Shown: positions 17,072 to 25,523, counted from the first letter of the stretch. The stretch is DNA of 25,523 bases from Opitutales bacterium (GCA_049599475.1 JBMYOQ010000062.1:1-25523), one strand, 5' to 3'. Made by a program: numbers and translations. Notes: generated by a model from the sequence alone, not told the origin.

Positions 17072-18436
17072 ATGAAAATACTCCTTAATTTGATAATTAC
17101 CTTTGGCCTATTGTGTTTTGTTGCTCGTGCTGATCAGAAGCACAATATTCTGATCTTCTTAGTCGACGACCTTGGTTACGGCGATTTGGGTGTCACAGGT
17201 TCGAATTTCGGGGAGACCCCTCATCTTGATCAGTTTGCTGAGGAGGCCACTCGCTTTACAGATGCCTATGCGCCCTCGGGACACTGCTCCCCGTCACGTG
17301 CCGCGATCATGACGGGGCAATATCCAGCGCGCCTGCATATCACGACCTGGATCGGTGGTAAAAAGGCCACGGAATACAAGGGCCTTGGGTTGCCGAAACA
17401 AAAGCGATTCCTCGCCGAGTCTGCGTACACCATGGGCGAGTATTTTCAAGAGCAGGGCTATACCACGGCCAACATTGGCAAGTGGCATGTGGGTGGAACC
17501 ACTGTGCCTTTGCAGAAGCACGGTTTTGAGTACGTTATTGGCTATGCGCCGGGAGCGGGTCTTGGTAAGGGCCCAGGATGGTATGGGCCGTACCCAAATA
17601 TCGAAGACTTAACGGGGCCGAGCGATGAGTATATCACCGACCGTCTCACTCAAGAAACGATCCGTTTTATCGAAGAGCGTGATAGTGATCCGTTCTTCAT
17701 CATGTTACAGCATTACGATGTGCATGCACCACTCGCTGCCCCAGAAGCAATGGTTCAAAAGTATGTGGATCGCGGGCGACCCAGAGAGAAGGGAATCGAA
17801 AACGCGACATTTCTTGCGATGAAGGAATCGATGGACGCCAGCTTCGGGGCCATCATCGCGAGGCTCAAGTCACTCGATCTGTATGACAACACCATTATTA
17901 TCTTCACTTCTGATAACGGAGGGGTGTCCTATTTCGCCAATAACGGTGGTTTGAAAAGAGGTAAGAAGTGGCTCTACGAGGGCGGCATTCGCGTGCCTTT
18001 GATAATGCGTGTGCCGAGTATCGCTGCTAGCGGATCGGTCAGCGATGTCCCTGTAAACGGTATCGATTTTTTCCCCACTTTAGTCGAATTGACAGGGGGT
18101 GAACCCGAACAGATAAACAGCGAAATCGATGGCGAGAGTTTCGTCTCTGTTTTGGATGGCTCTGGAGCATTGAAACGGGACGCTTTGTTTTGGCATTCCC
18201 CACAGCTCGGGAAAGATAGTGGTATTATTGCGCCTGCCGGTGTCGTGCGTATGGGACCTTGGAAGTTGGTTAGTTTTTACGGGAATACGCAGGCTCCCGA
18301 GCTCTACAATTTGGAAAAGGACCAGGCCGAGAAGATGAACTTGGCTCGCAGATATCCAGAACGCGTAGATCGCATGCAGCGCATGTTGGAAAAGCATTTG
18401 GATGATACGGAAGCGCAGCGGGTCACGCTGCCCTGA
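17072..18436 (+). CDS. Secreted S1 sulfatase (S1_16-like)
   Basis: Start at ATG 17072 (MKILLNL, signal peptide), 1 bp after the upstream stop. Motifs VDDLGYGD, CSPSRAAIMTGQYPARLHIT, GKWH, SDNGG and LYEGGIRVP. Confidence 0.92.
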   Translation: MKILLNLIITFGLLCFVARADQKHNILIFLVDDLGYGDLGVTGSNFGETPHLDQFAEEATRFTDAYAPSGHCSPSRAAIMTGQYPARLHITTWIGGKKATEYKGLGLPKQKRFLAESAYTMGEYFQEQGYTTANIGKWHVGGTTVPLQKHGFEYVIGYAPGAGLGKGPGWYGPYPNIEDLTGPSDEYITDRLTQETIRFIEERDSDPFFIMLQHYDVHAPLAAPEAMVQKYVDRGRPREKGIENATFLAMKESMDASFGAIIARLKSLDLYDNTIIIFTSDNGGVSYFANNGGLKRGKKWLYEGGIRVPLIMRVPSIAASGSVSDVPVNGIDFFPTLVELTGGEPEQINSEIDGESFVSVLDGSGALKRDALFWHSPQLGKDSGIIAPAGVVRMGPWKLVSFYGNTQAPELYNLEKDQAEKMNLARRYPERVDRMQRMLEKHLDDTEAQRVTLP

Positions 18437-18476
18437 GAAGTCACAATATAAAGATTTAATATAGGGTAATTTTAGT

Positions 18477-20387
18477 ATGTCTAGTTTGTCTCAAATTGTC
18501 GCTGTCTTGTTGTTCTCGTCGATAGTGGTATCGGCTACTGAGAAGCCCAATATTCTGATCTACCTGGCTGATGACTTGGGCTATGGATCAATCAATGGCT
18601 ACGGCGCGCCGGAGAATTTGTTGAAGACGCCCCATTTGAATCAGCTCGCGGCGGACGGTGTGCAGTTTGACAACGCCTACACGCCCGCATCTGTCTGCAC
18701 GCCGACTCGCTATGCGATGCTGACAGGTGAGTATCCCTGGCGCTCGCGACTGAAGAAGGGTGTCATCTCCAAAACCGACTATACACTGATCGACTGGAAT
18801 CGGGTCTCACTCGCGAAGTGGTTACAGCAGCAGGGCTATGCGACTGCGCATGTTGGAAAGTGGCACTTGGGCTACAAGACTGAGGGACCTGTTCTGAATC
18901 TTCTCGGCGACTTGAGTGAGGGCGGTCCAATGGGGCTGGGCTTCGAATATCATTTTGGTGTGCCGTCGAATCTAGAAGATGTCCACAAGGTTTACATCGA
19001 GAACGATAGAGTCTGGGGCCTTCGCTCAGATGAACTGAGCCCCTGGGGCAATAACTGGTATGCTAAGCGTAAGGGAAAGGTCGGTCCATACATTGGTTAC
19101 GATGCGCCTCAGCGCGTGACTGAGAATGTCATGACCATGACCACTAACAAAGCGGTGGAGTGGTTAGAGCGGCAGAGCGGTGAAAAGCCCTTCTTCCTCT
19201 ATTACGGTGCCGTAGCTGTGCACAATCCGATCGAACCCGCGCCTGAGTTGCGCGGATCGAGTAATTGTGGGCTCTACGGTGATTTCCTGCAGGAGGTGGA
19301 TCATACCTTCGGGCGGATGGTTCAGACTCTCAAAGACAAGGGCCTGCTCGACAATACACTCATCATTTTTGCCAGCGATAATGGCGGTGAGGGCTATGCG
19401 AGTGGCATGCCTCACAACGATGCAGAGGACGCCGGGTTAATGATCAATGGACCCCTCCGCGGAAAGAAAGGTAATATCTGGGAGGGTGGTTTCAAAACAC
19501 CACTCATCATCAGTCACCCGAAGGGGGCCGTGCCTGCCGGGCTGCGTTCAGATGCGCGTGTGTCAGTCGTCGATTTCTTTGCCACGTTGGCAGACTACGT
19601 GGCGGGTCCAGATGCTGTGGAGCACTTAGATGCACCTGACAGTTTTAGTTTCAAGGAGGAGCTCTTGAAGCCGGGAACTACGTCCTTTGAGCGCCCGCCG
19701 CTCGTGCTGAGTGATCGTCTCGGTCGCAAAGCACTGCACTTCGACCAATGGAAATATATTGAGGCCATCGAAGGCAAGGGGAAGCAGCCTGCGCTCCTCT
19801 TCGATATGAGTGCTGATCCAATGGAGTCGCGCAACCTGTTGCAGGAAAAGCCCGACGTTGCCGCGCGGGGTCGTGAACTCCTTGCAGAAATTGTCGATGG
19901 TGACGATGTCATCGAATGGGATGGCGGAGGGGGTGGTTACCGTCACGCACCTGCTTACATTCCGAGAAGTGGACGTTTTCATCTCGAGCTCAAAGCGATT
20001 GCAGGCGTCACGGGGCACCCTTACTGTTATACATTTAAGGATTTTCCTGTGCAGTCAGGAGAGGACGTAGAGGCATCGATCTATGCCAAGTTAACTGAAG
20101 CACCGGGAGCTGGTCGAGCGAGTGCTCAGCTCAAGGTTTCGTTTAGGGATGCCAAAGGTAAAACGCTTAGGACTCATGAGTCTAAAAAGTTAACAGCGCC
20201 CGGTAGCGACTATGCTACCTTGGGTGTAACTGCCAAGGCACCTGAAGGAGCAGTCACTGTTCGTATGACACCGGTTGTCAGCCTGCAGGGAGAGACCGGT
20301 ACGGTTGCCGCATACTTTGATGATGCGCGTCTGGTTTGTGGTGGAACTGTTTTTGAAAGTAGCTTTGAAAGCGGTGCGATCCGCTAG
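18477..20387 (+). CDS. Secreted S1 sulfatase (S1_15-like) with a C-terminal CBM4/9-like jelly-roll domain
   Basis: PNILIYLADDLGYG, CTPTRYAMLTGEYPWR, GKWHLG, SDNGG and WEGGFKTP. The C-terminal ~155 aa contain FPVQSGEDVEASIYAK, APEGAVTVR and YFDDARL. Confidence 0.92.
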   Translation: MSSLSQIVAVLLFSSIVVSATEKPNILIYLADDLGYGSINGYGAPENLLKTPHLNQLAADGVQFDNAYTPASVCTPTRYAMLTGEYPWRSRLKKGVISKTDYTLIDWNRVSLAKWLQQQGYATAHVGKWHLGYKTEGPVLNLLGDLSEGGPMGLGFEYHFGVPSNLEDVHKVYIENDRVWGLRSDELSPWGNNWYAKRKGKVGPYIGYDAPQRVTENVMTMTTNKAVEWLERQSGEKPFFLYYGAVAVHNPIEPAPELRGSSNCGLYGDFLQEVDHTFGRMVQTLKDKGLLDNTLIIFASDNGGEGYASGMPHNDAEDAGLMINGPLRGKKGNIWEGGFKTPLIISHPKGAVPAGLRSDARVSVVDFFATLADYVAGPDAVEHLDAPDSFSFKEELLKPGTTSFERPPLVLSDRLGRKALHFDQWKYIEAIEGKGKQPALLFDMSADPMESRNLLQEKPDVAARGRELLAEIVDGDDVIEWDGGGGGYRHAPAYIPRSGRFHLELKAIAGVTGHPYCYTFKDFPVQSGEDVEASIYAKLTEAPGAGRASAQLKVSFRDAKGKTLRTHESKKLTAPGSDYATLGVTAKAPEGAVTVRMTPVVSLQGETGTVAAYFDDARLVCGGTVFESSFESGAIR

Positions 20388-20416
20388 CACAAAGCGAGTT
20401 TATACACTAAATCGAG

Positions 20417-22045
20417 ATGAGGATTATGAGATTACTAATGACTGTGATTACGTTCTTAACCTGTGTGTTGGGGATGAAAGCTGCAGAGCATTCGCCTACG
20501 GCGAGCCTGTCGAATCCGAACCTTCTTTTCATCTTTCCCGATCAGCTGCAGCGAGATGTTTTGAGCGTCTATGGTGGTCCTGTTGATACCCCAAATATCG
20601 GCCGGCTGGCAGAGGAAGGGGTGCTCTTTTCGGATGCCGTATGCCCGACGCCTTACTGTGCACCGACACGCATGTCCTTAGTAACGGCCTTGTATCCACA
20701 GCAGCATGGCGTTGTGCAGAATACTGGCTGGAAACAGCGCGGTATGCGTCCTGACGAAATGACTTATCCGCGTGTCCTGTGGGAAGATGGGTATTCGACG
20801 CACCACTACGGAAAATGGCACTTGGAAGATAAGAAGAAGGGTGACAGCGTTGATTGGTATACCGACCAATTTCGCTATTTTCCTGAGTTTCAAGACAACA
20901 TGTCTGACAAGCTGGAGGCCTACCGCAGTCGTGGCAAAGGCAAGTATTCGGAATGGTATGGTCTCGTGTTTCCCGTTGAGACATCGGAGGAATTAAGAAT
21001 CGCCTTGGATCACAACGACCTCTGGGACGCGTGGAAGGACCACTGGGCGGGCCAGATGGTGCTGGGGATGGGGATGCTTGATCTGCCCTTGGAGGATTGC
21101 TTCGACTATCAAATTGCGAATAGGGCGATTGAAACAATCGAGCAAAAAGTCGCAGCGGGGCAGCCGTTTTATGTGAACGCCGCCTTTAATGTACCGCATG
21201 ATCCTTACATCGTTCCAAAGGAATACTACGACATGTTCCCGCTCGATGAGATTGAATTGCCAGCCAATTTCAACGCTCTGGAAGATCGATTTAAGCACGA
21301 CTGGGGCAAGCAGGTGAATGTGCAGACTCGTGGCCCGAACGGCGAGGAGTATGGTGTGTTGGAGTTTCTGCGGGTTTATTATGCTAATGTAAAATTCCTC
21401 GATGATCAGATCGGCCGTGTGCTTGATGCGTTGGAGGCAACTGGCGAGATGGACAATACCATCATCGTCTTTCTCGCTGATCACGGTGATATGGCGGGTG
21501 GTCACGGAATGACCTGGAAGGAAACCGTTTCGTTCTACGAAGAGGTAGCAACGATTCCCTTGATCATTCGCTACCCAAAGCAACTTAAGCCACATGTAAC
21601 GCCTACTCCTGCCAATACTGCAGATGTCTTTCCGACTGTATTCGATATGTTAGGTCGTGAGCAATTGCCTGATATTTCCGGACGTAGCTTATTGCCCTAC
21701 ATCAACGGAGAGAAGAGCCCTGAGGACGCCTTCCCTTATACCTTTAGCGTGCGGATCAGCAACAATCCAAAGTCCGAGCGCGAGATTCTTTCAGAGATGG
21801 GCGGCCATTTCATGGTGCGTGGTAAAGGGTTTAAATACATGGTCTACGGACAGATCGAACGAAAGGACTTCCGCTACAACGCAGACCCCATGGACTTCCT
21901 CTTCGACCTGAAGCGTGACTCAGGTGAAACGGTCAATCTAGCCGAAAACCCAGAGTATCATAGCATCAAAAAGGAGATGAATCAGGCCCTTCAGGATTGG
22001 CTCAAAGAGACCGACTGGAAAGGCAAACCCGTATTATCGTATTAA
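20417..22045 (+). CDS. Secreted S1 sulfatase (subfamily not assigned)
   Basis: Signal peptide, PNLLFIFPDQ, CAPTR, GKWH, VPHDP, ADHGDMAGGHG and LFDLKRDSGETVNLA. Confidence 0.92.
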   Translation: MRIMRLLMTVITFLTCVLGMKAAEHSPTASLSNPNLLFIFPDQLQRDVLSVYGGPVDTPNIGRLAEEGVLFSDAVCPTPYCAPTRMSLVTALYPQQHGVVQNTGWKQRGMRPDEMTYPRVLWEDGYSTHHYGKWHLEDKKKGDSVDWYTDQFRYFPEFQDNMSDKLEAYRSRGKGKYSEWYGLVFPVETSEELRIALDHNDLWDAWKDHWAGQMVLGMGMLDLPLEDCFDYQIANRAIETIEQKVAAGQPFYVNAAFNVPHDPYIVPKEYYDMFPLDEIELPANFNALEDRFKHDWGKQVNVQTRGPNGEEYGVLEFLRVYYANVKFLDDQIGRVLDALEATGEMDNTIIVFLADHGDMAGGHGMTWKETVSFYEEVATIPLIIRYPKQLKPHVTPTPANTADVFPTVFDMLGREQLPDISGRSLLPYINGEKSPEDAFPYTFSVRISNNPKSEREILSEMGGHFMVRGKGFKYMVYGQIERKDFRYNADPMDFLFDLKRDSGETVNLAENPEYHSIKKEMNQALQDWLKETDWKGKPVLSY

Positions 22046-22058
22046 TTATTAAAATACG

Positions 22059-22308
22059 TTAAGGGTGCGCTGGCTCACCGCAGCCAGCACGACTCGGCTT
22101 TAGCCGAATAGCTGACGCGTTACTAGGCTGACGCGCTCATGCCGGCTCGGTGAGCCAGCGCTACCTGCTGCGCATAATCCAGCTTAAGGGTGGCGCCCGT
22201 TCACCGCAACGGGCACGACTCGGCGTTAGCCGAATAGCTGACGCGCCCGTGCCGGCTCGGTGAGCCAGCGCTACCTGCTGCGCATAATCCAGCTCAAGGG
22301 TGGCGCCC
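22059..22308. repeat. Tandem array of REPIN-like elements (2 full copies plus the start of a third) between convergent genes
   Basis: Elements 22063..22165 and 22188..22275 are each followed by TGCTGCGCATAATCCAGCT(T/C)AA. A third start, GGGTGGCGCCC, lies at 22298..22308. The first copy has an internal GCTGACGCG duplication. Confidence 0.9.
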
Positions 22309-22328
22309 TGTTTCTCTTGAATGATTGT

Positions 22329-24761
22329 CTACTGTCGACGTCCCGAAAACAGATGGTCGAACATCGTCGGCGTATAATCACGAGCAACATTTTGTGAATG
22401 GCCGCCGGTTTCGTAGATCCGCAATATTGGGTTTGCGTTGTATTCTACGAGTTTGTTGTAGAAAGGAATTGTGGATTCGGCAGGCTTGACGGTGTTGTCG
22501 TTGTCAGCGCTGGTTAAATATATATTCATGCCGGTGGCCTTGGAGAAATTGAGGTTGTTGTAGTTGGTGATCATCGCGCCGTGTGTTGTGTAAGCGCCAG
22601 CTAAACGGTCGCCGTGGTCTTTCACGAAGCGTGAGGTTTCGATACCGCCCGCGCTATGGCCGCCGAGGTATATGCGATCGGCGTCTACATTGTAGTTGGC
22701 AATGATGTAGTCCAAAAAGGTGTTGAGTTGGCCACTGTTGAGGCTGCCCGTTGACTTGCCATTTTTCGGTTCGAAAATGTAGGTGGAATGCTTGGTCACT
22801 GCGAGCGGGCGCTCATAGGCACTCCACCAGGTGTTGGTGTTGATCGCATTATCTCCGCCGCCTTTACCATGAAGGTAGATGAATGCAGGGATCTTGGTCC
22901 CGCTATCCAGATTGGTCTTTTTGGATACACGGTAGGGCAGGGATCCTGTGTAGGTGCCCGTAGTTCCGATTTCCCAGGTAAAGGTCCCATAGACACCGAC
23001 TTTGCGCAGTTTGAACTTGCTGCGCGATGGGACGCCTTCTTCGTAAGTGCTTAAACGGATGGTTTTAAAACGACCTGCATTACGCGCGATGACCTCGGAA
23101 AAAAGGTTTTGATAGTGCCCACCGGTTATCTGTCCTTCGGCATTATATGTGTATTCATTTTCGGCCTCTTGGACAAAGGGGACTTCCACGCGCTGCCAGT
23201 GATGAGAGTCGAGCTTGATCTGATCGCTCACATCGATGGAGATTTTTTGCTCCAGACCGCTTTGCATGCAGATGATCACGACCCGCGGCGCGTAGGTATT
23301 TTGATAGTTTGGATCAAGCTTGATGTCGAATCTGAGGGTCGACCCCATCCACGCTGTCTTTTTGAGGCCATTACTTCCATTAAAGGTAAAATCGCCTGAA
23401 GTGTTATCTAAAGTGATCCAATCAGACTCGGCTGGGTCGCTGAATTTTCCTGCGAATTGATTCGTGTATGTGCCTTCTGCAAGGAAGTCAGAATCGTCCA
23501 CGCCGTCATTATTTGCGTCGGAGCCAAAGAGTGTGTAGTCGAGTCGTTTCGTAGGATCGGAGGTCTCTACGCTGTTTTCGGAATAATTGAATTGGGTGCG
23601 GTAAAAGAGCTGGTTCTCTGAGTCTGAGGTGTTGATTACGACTCCAGTGCTGCTCGTAGATATCTGTACGTTCTCGATGTTGTTATATGCAGGGGAAGCA
23701 TCATCGAGATCATCGAGTATCCAGGAGTCTCTGCGGTCCTTTTGAGCAACCCGATACCATTGCTTTAAATCTTCGGATACTTCTACTGTGTATGCGACCC
23801 CTGTTGCCTCAGTCTTGGCGATGCTGAAAGAGTATTGGTTTGCGGCGTGAGAAAACGCAGGATTCGCTTCATCGCGAGAGCTGAAGCTGTTCGCATCCAG
23901 CGCGTAGGCGACGAGGTCATGCATGCCGTCTGACTCGCTGTAAGGGCTTAAAGGGTTGGTTGCGAGTTCGTTTACTTCCTTACCGTCGGGAAGGCCGTCG
24001 TTGTCTGTGTCGGGCTTCGCTTTGTCGGTGCCTAGCGCTTCCTCGATGCTGTCTGTCAGGCCATCGCTGTCGGTGTCCGGATCGTAGTCGCCGAGGACGG
24101 TAATGATCATGCCATTAATCGCTCCAGTGTCGCCGGGTTCCGGGGACATCGTGAAGGTATACGCGGATTTTCCGCTTAGATACCAAGTCAATATCGCGCC
24201 CGTACCGCTCGCTTTTTGGGAGTTTGCATAGACATCGAAATCTACGCTGCCTTCTTCGGCTTCTGAGCCATCAAAAATGAAATCGACGACATTCGCAGCC
24301 CCGCCATCTTTGCAGGCGGCTGCCAATTGGATTTCTAAGGTGCTGTCGGGATCAAAGCCGCTGATGGTGAAGCTGGCCGCAGCCCCTGAATCGTTGGCGC
24401 GGAGGGCGTCGAACTCGGCGCCTCGACTGAGTGCCTGATTCTCGTTGAAGGCTGTGTTGCGGAACGCGTTGTTATCGATGGCATTGGTGCTCGTGTTGGC
24501 CCAGTCGGAGCCGAGGGTTATGTCGAAGCCGCTATCTGTGCCCGTAGCGCCGTTGCCAATCTTTAAGTCTTGGGGGAGGGCATCCGGACTGATTGTGTTC
24601 CAGTTTTTCCCATTCGATACATCGATATTGTACGATTGGTTGTCGTCGCCGAAGTCGATATAGAGTGTCTGGGCAAAGTTAGAGGTGGAAAGCAGGTTCA
24701 AGCCCGCGGATACGAGCGCCAGTCTCCTAAGCGAATAATTAGAGCAGGGGGAACGGCTCAT
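22329..24761 (-). CDS. Secreted multi-domain protein: N-terminal beta domain, TSP3-like Ca-binding repeats, internal beta domains and a C-terminal alpha/beta-hydrolase (esterase)
   Basis: Signal-like N-terminus ending NFA|Q (start ATG 24761 preferred over 24809). DTDSDGLTD and DTDNDGLPD repeats; YTVEVSEDLKQW...LFYR domain; IYLHGKGG, GHSAGG nucleophile elbow (22644..22661), DNDNTV and TGGHS. Confidence 0.82.
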   Translation of the reverse strand: MSRSPCSNYSLRRLALVSAGLNLLSTSNFAQTLYIDFGDDNQSYNIDVSNGKNWNTISPDALPQDLKIGNGATGTDSGFDITLGSDWANTSTNAIDNNAFRNTAFNENQALSRGAEFDALRANDSGAAASFTISGFDPDSTLEIQLAAACKDGGAANVVDFIFDGSEAEEGSVDFDVYANSQKASGTGAILTWYLSGKSAYTFTMSPEPGDTGAINGMIITVLGDYDPDTDSDGLTDSIEEALGTDKAKPDTDNDGLPDGKEVNELATNPLSPYSESDGMHDLVAYALDANSFSSRDEANPAFSHAANQYSFSIAKTEATGVAYTVEVSEDLKQWYRVAQKDRRDSWILDDLDDASPAYNNIENVQISTSSTGVVINTSDSENQLFYRTQFNYSENSVETSDPTKRLDYTLFGSDANNDGVDDSDFLAEGTYTNQFAGKFSDPAESDWITLDNTSGDFTFNGSNGLKKTAWMGSTLRFDIKLDPNYQNTYAPRVVIICMQSGLEQKISIDVSDQIKLDSHHWQRVEVPFVQEAENEYTYNAEGQITGGHYQNLFSEVIARNAGRFKTIRLSTYEEGVPSRSKFKLRKVGVYGTFTWEIGTTGTYTGSLPYRVSKKTNLDSGTKIPAFIYLHGKGGGDNAINTNTWWSAYERPLAVTKHSTYIFEPKNGKSTGSLNSGQLNTFLDYIIANYNVDADRIYLGGHSAGGIETSRFVKDHGDRLAGAYTTHGAMITNYNNLNFSKATGMNIYLTSADNDNTVKPAESTIPFYNKLVEYNANPILRIYETGGHSQNVARDYTPTMFDHLFSGRRQ

Positions 24762-25097
24762 AGGGATATTTTGTGTGGGGGATGATGCTGCATGGCAGTC
24801 CAGCAGCATCTAGGGGAGGATAAATCAGAGGTAGGAGTGCCTCGTGGCTATAGTGATTAAGTAGAAGCGGTTTTTCAGCGTGTTGCAAGAGTTTTGATTT
24901 AATATATGTGTATATGTTTATTAAATAATCATTTTAGGGTGCGAATTTGCGACTAAAAAATTGATTCATGGCATTGAAATCATCGGAATGGCTGCGTTTT
25001 TTGAGATATATGCTTTTGTAGCGGAATCTAACCTATCTCTGTAGTTATTAGATCAGGTCAATGCTATGGCCCTCAATAGAGGCTGTTTTAAGCATTT

Positions 25098-25126
25098 GTG
25101 ACATGAAAAAGAACAAAAAGTATAAT
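25098..25126 (+). promoter_or_regulatory. sigma70-type promoter for the gene starting at 25233
   Basis: GTGACA-17 bp-TATAAT (11/12 consensus, optimal spacing), about 105 bp upstream of the ATG. Confidence 0.6.
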
Positions 25127-25152
25127 ATTAGACCTTGTTGATTGACAGAATA

Positions 25153-25168
25153 TTGAATTATAGTTCAA
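25153..25168. promoter_or_regulatory. Candidate operator palindrome
   Basis: TTGAATTATAGTTCAA (7 of 8 positions pair), just downstream of the predicted -10 box. Confidence 0.4.
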
Positions 25169-25232
25169 ATTTATAATCGAAAGCAGGGTTCCGTGCCTTG
25201 CCCCGCACTCAAACTCGATTCTCTAACTTCAC

Positions 25233-25470
25233 ATGAATAAACATATCCTCAGCGCTACGATTGGCGCATCCATGATTCTCGGAACGTTTTCACTCTCAGC
25301 GCAAACCGTATGGAGTGAAGATTTTGACGGTTTTACCGTCGGATTTGCAAATGACTATACACAAGGCGTCGGTACTTATACTTATGGTTTCGATGGCGAC
25401 GGTAACGCCACCTTCGATACAAATATCGCCAGCGGAAACAACGTGAAGGAGACTCCTTCTGCTTTTTGGT
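25233..25470 (+). pseudogene. 5' part of a secreted protein gene interrupted by the IS end
   Basis: Signal peptide MNKHILSATIGASMILGTFSLSA, then QTVWSEDFD. The last codons and stop of the 84-aa ORF come from the IS end beginning at 25471. Confidence 0.75.
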
Positions 25471-25523
25471 TGTCGGTTTGCGGTTAAAATGCACCAGTAA
25501 TTTGCGGGTGAAAGTGCACCATT
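25471..25523 (+). mobile_element. Terminal end of the same IS21-like element (inverted relative to the copy at the window start)
   Basis: TGTCGGTTTGCGGTTAAAATGCACCAGTAATTTGCGGGTGAAAGTGCACCATT is the reverse complement of 1..52. It starts with TG and has two internal TTGCGG..AAA.TGCACCA repeats. Confidence 0.8.

Noticed and set aside
22059..22308. Possible CRISPR array (also 2648..2969)
   Set aside because: Units are 110-166 bp, near-identical throughout with no unique spacers, only 2-3 copies, and there are no cas genes. They fit REP/REPIN elements.
25233..25470. Idea that the terminal gene fragment is the missing 5' half of the gene at 53..1126 (circular intermediate)
   Set aside because: Joining 25470 to 53 is out of frame, the fragment does not resemble the N-terminus of the intact paralog, and the junction sequences (TTGGT vs TTAAA) show no direct or inverted target duplication.

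Overview
A 25.5-kb bacterial segment, most likely from a marine Verrucomicrobiota (Opitutales/Puniceicoccaceae-like; inferred from protein types), encoding a sulfated-glycan utilisation locus. It carries six Cys-type S1 sulfatases (two with C-terminal jelly-roll accessory domains), a GH130 phosphorylase, a GPH-family sugar:cation symporter, two paralogous clan GH-A-like proteins that I cannot assign to a family, a multi-domain secreted esterase, and a 1275-aa PilX-like protein with a secreted partner. No SusC/SusD pair, regulator or sulfatase maturase is visible. Both ends of the window are the same 52-bp IS21-like terminus (TG...CA) in inverted orientation, and each cuts into a gene. Intergenic regions hold a REP/REPIN-like family with covarying hairpin stems and an inverted pair of heptamer tandem arrays. 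All family and subfamily calls come from motif recognition only; no database searches were run.
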